NCBI GenBank assembly: GCA_044376115.1
Contig: JBILLK010000008.1
Coordinates: 256,001-320,000, forward strand
From: Polyangiaceae bacterium
Lineage (GTDB): Bacteria > Myxococcota_A > Polyangia > Polyangiales > Polyangiaceae
DNA: 64,000 bases
Reading direction: 5' to 3'
Position 1 is the first letter of the stretch, and the number at the start of each line of letters is the position of its first letter. A program made the translations under genes and the position numbers. The notes beneath the pieces are model-generated. The model searched no databases, was not told where the DNA came from, and saw nothing but the letters and a program-made list of their open reading frames with translations. This document shows positions 27,437-37,946 of this stretch, one piece after another.

Positions 27437-29095
27437 TCACTCCGGCAGAGGGAACGCCCGAATGAAGATTCCCGGGACGCTTGCGCCCAAGTCCGTCCAA
27501 CCGAACACGACCTGATCCGCCACCGCAATCGCAGGGCCTTTGGGGGCTACGGCGCCCGCGGAAACGGAGAAGTCTCCGTTTTGGCCGGTTAGTGCGTTGA
27601 ACAGGAACGAAGCGTCTTTTCCAGCGAAGCGTGCTCTCACCTCCGCTCCGCTCTCCCAGGCAACCACGTAAAAGCCGCCCGACGGTCCTGCCGCGCAGAT
27701 GGGTGAACCTTGAGAGCCGCTTGCCTCGCTATGGATCGGGGACGCTTGATCGTCGGCGAGAGCTGACCCACTCGCGTCGTAGCGCTGAAACAGCACGTCA
27801 TCGCCACTTCGGAAGGCCACGCCCAGCGAGCCGTCGGTCAACACGGCCACCGCAGGTTGGTCTTGAACGCCGGCTGTCTTGGCGTTCACGAGCACGGCGT
27901 CGGCGACCGTCCCCGAGCTTGAAACCCTCGAAAGAAAGATACCGTCGGCGTCCCCGGTACCAGCGCCCGCATAAGCGATCGCCCACCCCGAGGCCGCTCC
28001 AGCAACGGCTGGGCTACTGCCTGCGCCTGCAACGACGAACTGGTCCTCGAAGGTGGTCCCGTTGAACTTCCGTGCGAGCACTTGCCCACCTTGTTCCCAT
28101 ACGACGAGGGCCTGCCCAGCGGGCCCAGCAGCAATGGCAACGTCCTGCACCGAGGTGAGCTCATCGGAGGCGATCAAAGCAGAACCGTCCGAGCAACCGT
28201 CCTCGTCCACGATGACGACCGAGGCATCCACCCGACCGTTGGACTTCTCATCGGACATAAACGCGAGCACAGCTCCCGAGGCGAGCGGCGCGATCGTCGG
28301 GTTGGTTTGGTTCCGCAGGGCCAACTGCTGGGTGCCGTTGCAGCGGAGGTACAGACGAACGGTTTCAGCGAGCACCGCAGGATCGGTTATCGGGGACAAA
28401 TCGGATTGCAGGATGCGCAGCCCAATATCCTGGTTGATCGAAGGGTAATTGAACGCCGCACGCAAACCGCCGTCGAGCTGCGCGTCACCTCCCGCAAAAG
28501 TGAGCGATAGCGCGCCCTGCCCTTTGTCTTCAGCGAGGTCGTCGAGCTGCAACGGCTTCGTCAGACAGTCGGTTCCGCACTTGAAACTTTCAGTGCTTCC
28601 GCCGCACGTTGGGCTTCCGCCTTCATCACAAAGCTCGCCCGTTTGAAGGACGCCGTCACCGCAGCAGGACTCCTCGACGATGCGCACCACCTTGATGGCG
28701 ACGTCGACAGGGTCACGGTCGATGGTCGCCGTGGCACAACCTTGCGCGAGCACACCGGCCGAACTCTTCGCTTGCACGAAGAACATCTTTTCGGCGTCGT
28801 CTTGCTCGAGCGTAATCTCTCCGCACCACGTCGCTCCTCCCGAGCAACCATCTTTCGAGAGCGAGAAACTCTGCGCATCTCCGGGGACCTCGCCGACCGA
28901 ACCATCCGCGGAACAGCTGCTGCCCTCGGCCGAAAAAACGCTAAGAGATAGCGAGGTCGCCTCGTCGAGCACGCCCTGCGGAGCCGACATCACGAGGCCA
29001 ATCGCAGAGACCTCCGAAGACCGACAGCCGAAGGGAAGCAAAGTTGGGAGGGCGCAAGCGATGGAAAGCACCGACGCCGCAGACACTAGTCGCAT
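27437..29095 (-). CDS. Hypothetical lipoprotein with Cys-rich N-half and repeated beta C-half
   Basis: Lipobox-like PFGC, CCGDGVLQTGELCD, repeated P-x-VA...VVW units. Confidence 0.78.
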   Translation of the reverse strand: MRLVSAASVLSIACALPTLLPFGCRSSEVSAIGLVMSAPQGVLDEATSLSLSVFSAEGSSCSADGSVGEVPGDAQSFSLSKDGCSGGATWCGEITLEQDDAEKMFFVQAKSSAGVLAQGCATATIDRDPVDVAIKVVRIVEESCCGDGVLQTGELCDEGGSPTCGGSTESFKCGTDCLTKPLQLDDLAEDKGQGALSLTFAGGDAQLDGGLRAAFNYPSINQDIGLRILQSDLSPITDPAVLAETVRLYLRCNGTQQLALRNQTNPTIAPLASGAVLAFMSDEKSNGRVDASVVIVDEDGCSDGSALIASDELTSVQDVAIAAGPAGQALVVWEQGGQVLARKFNGTTFEDQFVVAGAGSSPAVAGAASGWAIAYAGAGTGDADGIFLSRVSSSGTVADAVLVNAKTAGVQDQPAVAVLTDGSLGVAFRSGDDVLFQRYDASGSALADDQASPIHSEASGSQGSPICAAGPSGGFYVVAWESGAEVRARFAGKDASFLFNALTGQNGDFSVSAGAVAPKGPAIAVADQVVFGWTDLGASVPGIFIRAFPLPE

Positions 29096-29138
29096 GCCGG
29101 GATTCTACTCGCCGAGCCTTGAGGTCGGCGGAAAATTG

Positions 29139-29549
29139 CTAGGCGTCGACCACGGGGTGGAGTTCAGCCGGGAGAAAGGCAATCGAGCGTATGGCTTGCA
29201 GCAAGCGGTTGCGGTCACCCAGTTGAAGCTCACCAAAACGAATTCCCATACCTGGATTCGGACAGCCTGGGCTGTCTGGGTTGATCCACTGCACGGTGCC
29301 TTCGAGTTCGAAGCGATCCGCTGCGTCGGCGTCACGAAGACCGTCCCCCGTCGGCGTTGAGACGATACGGGGGGCGAACTTCAGCACGAGTGGAGTGCCG
29401 ATTGGCAGCGGGGCCTGCGTTCGCACGAAGATGCCCATCGCCGAAACGTTGGTGATGGTTGCGAATAGAAAGGTGTCTTCGGTTTCGCAATCGACCTGCC
29501 AGTCGACGCAGAACCGCTCACCCATCCTGCGTTCATTCGATCCGCTCAA
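29139..29549 (-). CDS. Stand-alone PilZ-domain protein (myxobacterial TIGR02266 type)
   Basis: RMGER (RxxxR), TNVSAMGIFV, EGTVQW, PGMGIRF. Confidence 0.88.
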   Translation of the reverse strand: MSGSNERRMGERFCVDWQVDCETEDTFLFATITNVSAMGIFVRTQAPLPIGTPLVLKFAPRIVSTPTGDGLRDADAADRFELEGTVQWINPDSPGCPNPGMGIRFGELQLGDRNRLLQAIRSIAFLPAELHPVVDA

Positions 29550-29601
29550 GACACGATCGTCCTAGCGGGACTTTCAGCGGCCGTCGAGAGCCCGACCCGA
29601 C

Positions 29602-32070
29602 TTAGCGGACGACGACCGTGCCGAGCTCAACACGGTTGTCGCGTGCCGGCCCCTCGGTCACGTTGATCCGCTCGCCGCCGACGAAGAAGCCAGTGAGCAG
29701 CCGGCAGTTCCCAGGGCCCCAATTCGGCGGCAGTCGAAACGGGTGGTCATCGATCAGGACGTCTCCAGCCAGCCACAACTTCATGGGGTAGATCCCGGCC
29801 ACCGGCTCGTGATCGGCGTTGAAGCGCTTGCCGTCTTTCTCGAAATGCACGAACGCTGTCCACTCCGCAGGGATGCGGCGGCGCACCCGAAACGCACTGC
29901 GAAAGAGGTAGTCCTCCCCAGGCAGCACGACCTCCACCTGTTTGCCCGACGCGGTGCGAATCTCCCAGCCTAGAAGCTCGAGTGAGTCGTCAAACACGAC
30001 GCTGCTCGAGCGCGCCAAGGTTGGCGAATCGGAGCCGAGAATGGTGTCGAGCGGGTTGCTGGAGCGGTCAGCTCGGGAAGCCAAGAGCAACATCGCGGAC
30101 TGTTCCATCACCACGGGCACGTTCACTTGATGTTCGGAGCGCCAAAGATGGTTGAAGACCGGCAAATCGCTGCGTTTCAGCACCAAGAAGCGTTTACCCT
30201 CGGCGAACTCGCTCCTGTCGAGGAAGCTAAAGGCGGCCGGTAACGCGTCGAAATTCACGACGTCCTCGTCCAGGTAGAAGGACGAAAGAGCGCGGCTCAG
30301 ACCCGTAACGCCGACTTCATCCTGAGGCGCGCGCAACCTCTTGAACGCCTGGAAGGCGCCTTTCGGTGAAGCGTGGTCGAAGCTTGCCGGGAAATAGTCG
30401 AACGCCAGCGTGGCTCCAGAACAAGCGGTGCCGAGGCTCAACAAGGTCATCGAAGAGAACGACCAGCGCCGCCGCAGCCAGCCGAGAAGATCGCGCAAGA
30501 GGGAAACCGAGGCCACGACGAACAGCGCAGCGAGCGGCAGGAACCACCACGCGGCAACGCCAGCCTCACCAAGCCAGATCGGCACGTTCGCGAGCGGTGC
30601 CCACCCAGCGCGAACCCCCACCGCGAGCATTGCGGCCAAACCAACCAACGCCGCCTCGATCAGCACCAACGCGAACATGAGGCTGCCCTGCGCAGCCGAA
30701 TAAAGCTGCGCAAAAGCGGCGCGCATCGCCGCGCGTTTGGCCGTGAGGTACGGCCGAAAGCCCCCGGGCGCGGCCACCTCGGATGGCGTCAGCGTGGACA
30801 ACAGCAACGCAGCGAGCAGGCTGAGCGTGGCTCGTGTGATGCCAGTATGTCCGACAAAGGTTGGGTCCAGTTCGATGCCCGGGAGCGCGAAGCCCTCGAG
30901 GAGTCGCACGGGCGACCGCTGCATATCGACGTGGAGGACACCGAGCGACAGGACGGAGATGACCAGCGACAGCCGTGACAGCTGCGTCTGCCGCAAGTCA
31001 TCAAGCAAGACGCCAATCACCCCCGCGAGGAAGCCGACGCCGAAGAACGGCAGATTTCCGGCGAGCGGGGTCAATAGCAGTGACGCGACAACCCCGAAGC
31101 AGCTCCCTGCAAGCAAGACCGCCCTGCCAAAGCCGCGCCGAGAGTCAGCGTCCTCCGCTTTTGCCAAGGATGCGAAGCCGATGGGAAGAAGCGCACTCAA
31201 TGGGAAGAGGCCGTGACCGAGATGCCGAAATACGCGGTCGAACGTCGAGCTGTCGGGGTCCGGGTCGACGAACGGCATGCCAGCCGCGCGGAGCGTATTG
31301 ATCGAACCGTGGCCCGCGAAAGCCAACGAAAGGAAGTACGCCAAGGCACCAACTCCGACCACGAGCAGGCTGGTAGCAGGCCAATTCGAGCGTCCGGCGG
31401 TCTGCTTCGATCGCCGAAACAAAGCGGGAAAACCAACCGCTAGCAACGGCAGCGCGACCACCAAGAGCCCACGACTCAGGTAGCCAACAACGACCCCGAG
31501 CAGCAGCAAGAGCCAGCCCGCCGCACGGGGGCGAACGCTCGTCTCGACGCAAATGAGGGTGAACCCTGCGGCCGTCGTCAGGACCGCAGCCATCGGCACG
31601 ATGTCCCCAATCATCGTGCGAGCCTGCAGAAAAAAGACCGGCAGCGAGAGCAACACCAGCACTGAAACGGCCGCAGCTCGCACGCCAATGGTCCGCCAAA
31701 TCATCACCAAGAGAGACGCGCCCGCGAGCCAACCCCACGCAGCGAGGGGCAACCGACCCGCCCAGTCGTGCACGCCAAATAGTGCAAATGAAGCGCCAAT
31801 CGAGGTGATGCCCAGCTCACCGGTTCCCAAATCCGAAAGCGTCGGAATGGTGGTTGGGTCTCCCGCGCGCGCCAACTCGCTACGTCCCCACGCATGAACT
31901 GCCACACGGCGGGCAGCGTCTGCCGTGTCGACCTCATGGGGATCCCAGACCCCGGAACTGGCGATCGGCGAAAAAAGCCAAACGGCAGCGAAACACAGCA
32001 CAGCTATGACAGCCGCAAGCTCGCTGCGAGACGGGGTGTCCGAGGCTCGCTGGTTTCGGAGGCTCACCAC
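29602..32070 (-). CDS. ArnT/GT39-like membrane glycosyltransferase with periplasmic C-terminal domain
   Basis: VWDPHE, FGVHDWAGRLP, many TMs, C-terminal FVH...ADHEP...W..GD...D beta domain. Start uncertain. Confidence 0.75.
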   Translation of the reverse strand: MVSLRNQRASDTPSRSELAAVIAVLCFAAVWLFSPIASSGVWDPHEVDTADAARRVAVHAWGRSELARAGDPTTIPTLSDLGTGELGITSIGASFALFGVHDWAGRLPLAAWGWLAGASLLVMIWRTIGVRAAAVSVLVLLSLPVFFLQARTMIGDIVPMAAVLTTAAGFTLICVETSVRPRAAGWLLLLLGVVVGYLSRGLLVVALPLLAVGFPALFRRSKQTAGRSNWPATSLLVVGVGALAYFLSLAFAGHGSINTLRAAGMPFVDPDPDSSTFDRVFRHLGHGLFPLSALLPIGFASLAKAEDADSRRGFGRAVLLAGSCFGVVASLLLTPLAGNLPFFGVGFLAGVIGVLLDDLRQTQLSRLSLVISVLSLGVLHVDMQRSPVRLLEGFALPGIELDPTFVGHTGITRATLSLLAALLLSTLTPSEVAAPGGFRPYLTAKRAAMRAAFAQLYSAAQGSLMFALVLIEAALVGLAAMLAVGVRAGWAPLANVPIWLGEAGVAAWWFLPLAALFVVASVSLLRDLLGWLRRRWSFSSMTLLSLGTACSGATLAFDYFPASFDHASPKGAFQAFKRLRAPQDEVGVTGLSRALSSFYLDEDVVNFDALPAAFSFLDRSEFAEGKRFLVLKRSDLPVFNHLWRSEHQVNVPVVMEQSAMLLLASRADRSSNPLDTILGSDSPTLARSSSVVFDDSLELLGWEIRTASGKQVEVVLPGEDYLFRSAFRVRRRIPAEWTAFVHFEKDGKRFNADHEPVAGIYPMKLWLAGDVLIDDHPFRLPPNWGPGNCRLLTGFFVGGERINVTEGPARDNRVELGTVVVR

Positions 32071-32111
32071 TTCGTAGCCGCTGTCTAGCACGGCTGTGCT
32101 ATTGCCGGGCC

Positions 32112-33521
32112 GTGGCGAAGACCCGAACACAGTCTCAGCGATCGAAGGCGACGAAGGGGAAGGACAGAAGCGCCCGCGTCAGTCAGATCAACAAGCCGGG
32201 CAAAGCCGCACAACCTGCGAAGCGCGGCCCCAAGCCTGAACCGAAGTGGAAGAAGTCCACGAAGGTCGACGGAGCGCCTGCGGCACGCAGCGAGCGTGGT
32301 CCCAAGACTGAGCGCGGCCCCAAGCCCGAGCGTGGCCCCAAGCCCGAGCGCGAGGCCAAGCCTGAACGCGGCTCCAAGCCCGAGCGCGGCCCCAAGCCCG
32401 AGCGTGGCCCCAAGCCTGAGCGCGGCCCCAAGCCCGAGCGCGCTGGCAAAGCCGAGCGTGGCGCCAAGCCCGAACGCGCTGGCAAAGCCAAGTCCAAGGA
32501 GAGCCCGCACGTAACGCGGCGGGCCGACGTTCCCAGCGAAAAATCGTCAAAACCAAAAGCGCCGGCCGCACCGGTCAACGTGGTTCGCTCAGGCACCGTG
32601 GCCGTCATTGGGCGCCCGAACGTTGGTAAGTCCACCTTCCTCAACAGTGCGCTGGGGGTGGACCTAGCGATCGTCGCGGACACTCCGGGAACCACGCGCA
32701 CCACTTTGCTTGGGGTCGTGCATCGCACGTTGCCCAGCGGAGAAGGCTGCGAGTTCCTCCTGCTCGATACGCCCGGTCTGCACGACGGTCACACCAAGCT
32801 CAATCAGCGCATGAATCGCTCGGCCGAAACGGCAGGAGCCGAGGCAGACGTCGTGCTGTTGATGGTGGATGTGAAGGCGAAGGCCACAGGCCCGCTCTCC
32901 CCCCACCGCGAAGACGTGAAGCTGCTCGAAAGCCTTTCACCCAAGACCAAGGTCGTGGTCGCGATCAACAAGGTGGATACGCTCGGAGACAAGGCCTCGC
33001 TGTTTGGCTTGCTTTCACGCTACGCCGAGATCCGCCCGGACACCGAGCTCGTTCCGCTCTCGGCGCGCAAGCTCGATGGAGTGTCGTTGCTGCTCGACGT
33101 GGTCGGTAAATTCTTGCCTGAGGGTGGCGCCGTGTTCGGGCCGGACGACCTCACCGACAAGCCAACGCGCTTCTTCGCCTCGGAGTTCGTTCGCGAGCAG
33201 ATCCTGCGCAAGGCACGCGAAGAGGTGCCCCACGCCACGGCCGTGTCCATCGACGAGTACGAGGACGGCCCGTCGAAGACTCACATCTCCTGCACCATCC
33301 ACGTCGAACGTGATGGGCAAAAGCGCATCTTGATCGGCGCCAAAGGCGAGATGCTCAAGGAGATCGGAACGCAGGCCCGACTACGTATCGAGGCCTTCAT
33401 TGGAAGGCCCGTTCACCTGACGCTTTTCGTTCGAGAGACGCCGGGATGGCGTGACGATCCTCGCTGGCTGGGCGAGCTCGGTTATGAAAACAACTCCGGC
33501 CCTCAAAGGAGCACATCGTGA
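32112..33521 (+). CDS. era: GTPase Era with ~155-aa basic repetitive N-terminal extension
   Basis: [24 protein letters not shown] domain EEVPH...[14 protein letters not shown]; upstream of der. Confidence 0.93.
   Translation: MAKTRTQSQRSKATKGKDRSARVSQINKPGKAAQPAKRGPKPEPKWKKSTKVDGAPAARSERGPKTERGPKPERGPKPEREAKPERGSKPERGPKPERGPKPERGPKPERAGKAERGAKPERAGKAKSKESPHVTRRADVPSEKSSKPKAPAAPVNVVRSGTVAVIGRPNVGKSTFLNSALGVDLAIVADTPGTTRTTLLGVVHRTLPSGEGCEFLLLDTPGLHDGHTKLNQRMNRSAETAGAEADVVLLMVDVKAKATGPLSPHREDVKLLESLSPKTKVVVAINKVDTLGDKASLFGLLSRYAEIRPDTELVPLSARKLDGVSLLLDVVGKFLPEGGAVFGPDDLTDKPTRFFASEFVREQILRKAREEVPHATAVSIDEYEDGPSKTHISCTIHVERDGQKRILIGAKGEMLKEIGTQARLRIEAFIGRPVHLTLFVRETPGWRDDPRWLGELGYENNSGPQRSTS
32292..32489 (+). 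repeat. 18-bp tandem repeat x11 encoding (ERGPKP)-like units
   Basis: GAGCGYGGCCCCAAGCCY consensus; units [36 protein letters not shown]. Confidence 0.9.
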
Positions 33522-34912
33522 AGCCGGTCGTTGCAATCGTCGGTCGACCCAATGTCGGCAAAAGCACCCTGTTCAATCGCATGGTGAAACATCGCTTGGC
33601 CATCGTTCACGATGAGCCGGGCGTGACCCGAGACCGCCATTACGGCGAAGTAACGGTGAAGGGCCGCGTCTTTTCATTGATCGACACGGGCGGCTTCGAT
33701 CCGACCAGCGATGACCCGATGAAGCAGGGCATCAAACAACAGATCCTCGCGGCCGTGGAAGAAGCGGACGTGATCGTGTGTGTGCTCTCGGCCCGCGAGC
33801 CCGCCACGTCGATCGAACACGCCGAGATGCAGCTGCTCCGCCAAGCCAAGCGACCGACGATCTACGTCGCCAACAAGGCCGACAACACAGCGGACGAGCA
33901 CAACGCGCTCGAGCTCTTCCGGCTCGGCATCGACAAGCTGCTCACCGTGAGCGCGCTGCATGGGCGCGGGATGGCGGAGCTTCTGACGGCCATCGTCGAC
34001 AAGCTGCCCGAAGAAACCGAGGACGAGGCGTTGCCCGACGTGCCGGAGGGGACTCCGCGCATCGCTGTGATTGGGCGCCCCAACGCAGGCAAGTCGAGTC
34101 TGATCAACCGGCTGCTCGGCACCGAGCGCATGTTGGTGGACGACAGACCCGGGACCACGCGTGACGCGGTGGACTCGGTGGTGATGCGTAACGGTAAGCC
34201 CTACGTATTCGTTGATACGGCTGGCGTACGGCGCAAGGCAAAGGTCACCAAAGAGGGCGACGCAGTCGAGGGCATGAGCGTGGGCCTCGCGATTCGCGCC
34301 ATCGAACGAGCGGACATCGTGGTGCTGATGAGCGACGCCGCCGACGGGGTCTCCGAACAAGATGCGAAGGTCCTTGGGCTGGCGGTCGATCGCGGTCGAG
34401 CCGTAGTGGTCGGTCTCAACAAGATCGATCTCGTTGAGAAGGGCGAGCTGAAGAAGCGTGAGGAGGACGCCAAAGACAAGCTGGCCTTCGCGCCCTGGGC
34501 AACCTACGTGAAGCTCTCAGCAAAAACGGGGCGCGGCGTCGACACGCTGATCGCCGCCGTCGATTCGGTGTACGCGGCCTACACCAAGCGGATTGGCACC
34601 GGCGAGCTGAACCGCTTCTTCGAAGCAGTGCTGGATACCCATCCACCGCCGACGATGGACGGGAAAGCGCCGCGGCTCTTCTTCATCACCCAAGCAGCGA
34701 CCAAACCGCCGACGTTCGTGGTGCAGGCCAGCAACCCGGACAAGCTGCATTTCTCCTACCAGCGCTACGTGTCGAATCAGATTCGCAAGACGTTCGCCTT
34801 TGACGGCGTACCGCTGGTGATCTTCTACCGAGCGCGTCGCCGGGTGGAGTTGGCCAAGAAGAAAGACCCCGGCAAGACGCGCTCGCGCCGAACCATCAAA
34901 AAGCGCGACTAA
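33518..34912 (+). CDS. der: Ribosome biogenesis GTPase Der (EngA)
   Basis: Two G domains ([29 protein letters not shown]), C-terminal PPTF...SYQRY. Confidence 0.96.
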   Translation: MKPVVAIVGRPNVGKSTLFNRMVKHRLAIVHDEPGVTRDRHYGEVTVKGRVFSLIDTGGFDPTSDDPMKQGIKQQILAAVEEADVIVCVLSAREPATSIEHAEMQLLRQAKRPTIYVANKADNTADEHNALELFRLGIDKLLTVSALHGRGMAELLTAIVDKLPEETEDEALPDVPEGTPRIAVIGRPNAGKSSLINRLLGTERMLVDDRPGTTRDAVDSVVMRNGKPYVFVDTAGVRRKAKVTKEGDAVEGMSVGLAIRAIERADIVVLMSDAADGVSEQDAKVLGLAVDRGRAVVVGLNKIDLVEKGELKKREEDAKDKLAFAPWATYVKLSAKTGRGVDTLIAAVDSVYAAYTKRIGTGELNRFFEAVLDTHPPPTMDGKAPRLFFITQAATKPPTFVVQASNPDKLHFSYQRYVSNQIRKTFAFDGVPLVIFYRARRRVELAKKKDPGKTRSRRTIKKRD

Positions 34913-35997
34913 ACAGGCTTTCGCACAATCTGGGTGATGACGACGCTGCGCGTGTCCTCGCCCAGCGTACTGCCGCCCTCGGTACGAAGGACCGAACAGC
35001 CGTCGGCGCTGACGTGAAGCAGCTTGCTTCGGCCTTTTCCGGAACCGCTCGTACCGTCGGTGCGCTCGGCGAGAGGAGCGACGCGCGTTCTCCTGCCGCT
35101 GCGCAAATCAACGCGATGAAGTCGTTGCTCTCGGTCCTCGGTCAACGCGGAGGAACCATCCGAGGCGAGCCACACCAACGGATGGCCGACCTTCATCGGC
35201 ACCCAGCGGTCAGCGGCGATGTTTACCCGCCAGACTCTCGCGGGGGTCGCGTCGAGATCGGAGACCACCACCTCCTCGGCGGAAGCAAAGGCCAGCTTGT
35301 TGCCGAGGCCGACGTCACCGGGACTACGCAGCTGCGAGAGAACAGCCCCATCACTCAAACGAACGATGAACAGGCTGTCGCAAAAGCCTACCGCCAGCAA
35401 ACCAGCGTGTGCCGCGAGACTTGCTCCTTTGCCGGAGGTGAAGGAAAGCCCGATCTTGCTCTCAACCTCGGGCAATACGAGGTGACGCGGTTCACCGCCA
35501 TCGAGTGGGAACAGCAACAGCCCGAACTCGCCGAGCAGCACGAGCTCACGGTCGGTGAAGAGGACAGCCTCCGGGTCGTTGTAGCTGAAGAGGGAGGTCG
35601 ACTCGCCTGCCCAGCGGTTGACGTCCAAATACCGAAACGGTCGACCAGCATGCTCGCGATCGAAGAAGTAGACGTCGTTGTATCCCGACGAGCCACCGAA
35701 GTGACCACACACCACGACGAAGTAGCGACCGCAGGCGGAGAACGCGAGGTGCCGCGGTAAGCCGAACATTTCGCTCGGGTCTAGCTCCTCGAGATCGTGC
35801 TCACGCCCATCGACGAGCAACTCGAACTCATCGCCGTCACCTTCGAGCCAGGGGTAGTCGGCAAGTTCACGCCCGGAGCGCGCATCAAACAGCTTGGCTA
35901 TGCCCTCATCCGCGATGAGCAACTGTTGACCAGCAGCATCGAGCGCCGCCTGGGGCAGGCCACACACACGCTTAGGAAGCTTGATTCGAATCGCCAT
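34909..35997 (-). CDS. Hypothetical beta-propeller-like protein
   Basis: Repeated LAFS/LAFAS/VSADG beta units. Confidence 0.65.
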   Translation of the reverse strand: MAIRIKLPKRVCGLPQAALDAAGQQLLIADEGIAKLFDARSGRELADYPWLEGDGDEFELLVDGREHDLEELDPSEMFGLPRHLAFSACGRYFVVVCGHFGGSSGYNDVYFFDREHAGRPFRYLDVNRWAGESTSLFSYNDPEAVLFTDRELVLLGEFGLLLFPLDGGEPRHLVLPEVESKIGLSFTSGKGASLAAHAGLLAVGFCDSLFIVRLSDGAVLSQLRSPGDVGLGNKLAFASAEEVVVSDLDATPARVWRVNIAADRWVPMKVGHPLVWLASDGSSALTEDREQRLHRVDLRSGRRTRVAPLAERTDGTSGSGKGRSKLLHVSADGCSVLRTEGGSTLGEDTRSVVITQIVRKPV

Positions 35998-36039
35998 GAC
36001 GCCTTCCAGCCCTCTCTTCGCCGGGCTTTGGCGCGCGCG

Positions 36040-36528
36040 TCAAGAAGTGCTTCGTCGCGAGGGAGGCTTCGAGGTCGGAGGACGGTCAAACTCGACAGCA
36101 CCAAACAGCGCGAGATCTCGCAGCCCTTCGGCGAACTCCATCGGCGAGAGCCCCGCGATCTCGAATAGCTCCAACGCGGTCAACGTGCCGTCAATGTGGC
36201 CCAGAATGGCGCGGTGAACGGGCTTGAGTGGCAGCACGACTTCGTCGACGCTTCCGGCTCGGACGCGGTCGTCGGGACGACAAACCTTGTTGAGGAGGGG
36301 CCGAGCCTGCGCCTGGGCGAAGCGGCGCCGCCACTTCTTCGTTGAGTCACTGTGGGGGTCGTGCCGCTCGAGCGTTCCCAATAGATCCCCGGCAATATCA
36401 AACTCGGAGGCCTCCAAGGCTTCGCGAAGCTGCTCACAAAGCTGCGCGTGGGCGTCACGTCCTGGACTCGTTGGCCGACTTGCCAAAGCCTGTAAGGTTG
36501 TTTCCCGCGTGACGCGCTCCCCGCTCAT
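36040..36528 (-). CDS. Hypothetical protein with C-terminal winged-helix-like segment
   Basis: AILGHIDGTLTALELFEIAGLS...LRDLALFGAV. Confidence 0.65.
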   Translation of the reverse strand: MSGERVTRETTLQALASRPTSPGRDAHAQLCEQLREALEASEFDIAGDLLGTLERHDPHSDSTKKWRRRFAQAQARPLLNKVCRPDDRVRAGSVDEVVLPLKPVHRAILGHIDGTLTALELFEIAGLSPMEFAEGLRDLALFGAVEFDRPPTSKPPSRRSTS

Positions 36529-36635
36529 TCGGAAGTATTATAGCACTCCTCATGCCTTTTGTTGGCACACGAAAATTGCGTCATCTGGTCGCCGAACGCT
36601 GCCTCCGAACACGTTTGGGTGCACTCCACACCCAG

Positions 36636-36737
36636 CTCAGCTCCCAGGCGCGAGGATCTCGGAGATCCGACTCAGGTTCCGGGCGCCAGGATCTCGGAGA
36701 TCCGACTCAGGTTCCGGGCGCCAGGATCTCGGAGATC
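36636..36737 (-). repeat. 35-bp tandem repeat of the ArsA-family gene 3' end (two identical copies + one diverged)
   Basis: AGGATCTCGGAGATC starts at 36653, 36688, 36723 (period 35). Confidence 0.9.
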
Positions 36738-37864
36738 TCCGAGAGCGCCTCGAGATCGTAAACGTCGGCCGGGAACGTCGGCACGAAGACAGCCGGTGCC
36801 CCCGACTCTTCACGAACGGTGTCTAACGCAAAAAGGTGAAGCCGATCGAGGTGACCTTGGCCGTGCGCGTCACGAAGGGCAGCCTCACAACGGCCTGCGA
36901 GCTGCTCCGCGTGCTGGGGACTGAGGGCTTGCATCGACCCGAGGACCGTTGGGTCGGTCTTGGGGAAGGCGGGATTGACGCGATTCACCACGATCGCGTC
37001 GGGCCGCATCTTCTCGGCCAGCAGCCGCTCGGCGAAGAAGGTCACTTCGCGAATCGCCAAAGGGTCTGGCGTGGTTACGAGCACGTAAGCGACGTCGGGC
37101 GCTCGCAGCGTCGCGGAGACAGCATCCGCGCGCTGTTTCCAGCCGCCGAAGAGCGAATTCATCTCGTTGATGAAGCTCGCAACTTGCTCGAGAAATCCGC
37201 CGCCGGTCACTTTACCCAAGCCACGCAGCAGCACGGCCGTCGAGCGCGCCATCAAGCTAAAGCTCAACCGACCAGAGCCCTCGACGGCTTGCACGAACCA
37301 GCGAATCGCGGGGCTGTCGATGGCGCCAACGAGACGTTCCGGTGCGTCCAGAAAGTCGAGCGCGTTGGTGGTCGGCGGGGTATCGAGCAGGATCAGGTCG
37401 AAGCGCGGATCGTCGCGTAATGAATGAAGCTTCTCCATCGCCATGTACTCTTGGGTACCGGCGAGCGACGTCGAAATATAGGTATAGAGGACGTTGTTGA
37501 GGATGCGCTCGGCCCGCTCCTTCGTAGGCGCCAGCGAGCGCACCAACCCGTCGAAGGTGGCTTTGGTGTCGACCCGCATGATCGTCATGCTGCCCGAGGG
37601 CGGTACGCCGACTCGAGCCAACAGCGCTGCGTCCACCACGCGGGCCTCCGAGGAGGACCACTCCAAGCCGAGGCTTTGCGCAAGCCGCCGCGCGGGATCG
37701 ATCGTGAGACAGAGGACGCGCAAGCCGCGCCGCGCTGCTGCGAGCCCGAGCGCCGCCGTCGTGGTGGTTTTGCCCACCCCACCGCAGCCGACAGAAAGAA
37801 TCACGCGCCTGCTCGATAGGAGCGCACCGAGACGTTCGTGCTTCGGGTTTTGCGGCGGTGACAT
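36707..37864 (-). CDS. ArsA/Get3-family ATPase (single domain)
   Basis: GCGGVGKTT, TIDPARRLAQSLG, LLDTPPT, LDFLDAP, VVNRV. Confidence 0.9.
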   Translation of the reverse strand: MSPPQNPKHERLGALLSSRRVILSVGCGGVGKTTTTAALGLAAARRGLRVLCLTIDPARRLAQSLGLEWSSSEARVVDAALLARVGVPPSGSMTIMRVDTKATFDGLVRSLAPTKERAERILNNVLYTYISTSLAGTQEYMAMEKLHSLRDDPRFDLILLDTPPTTNALDFLDAPERLVGAIDSPAIRWFVQAVEGSGRLSFSLMARSTAVLLRGLGKVTGGGFLEQVASFINEMNSLFGGWKQRADAVSATLRAPDVAYVLVTTPDPLAIREVTFFAERLLAEKMRPDAIVVNRVNPAFPKTDPTVLGSMQALSPQHAEQLAGRCEAALRDAHGQGHLDRLHLFALDTVREESGAPAVFVPTFPADVYDLEALSEISEILAPGT

Positions 37865-37946
37865 GCGTGAGGTTTCCGTTAGCTAACAGAGCCCCTGTGC
37901 CCCTGGAAGCGTTCTCTTGCGAACGGCAGCCTGGGGTTCGCTTGCA

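Noticed and set aside
36636..36737. 35-bp repeat as mini-CRISPR
   Set aside because: Copies are contiguous without spacers and correspond to the gene's coding 3' end.
36707..37864. Arsenic resistance (arsA) call
   Set aside because: Single-domain protein with no arsB/arsC/arsD/arsR nearby; fits the Get3-like subfamily better.
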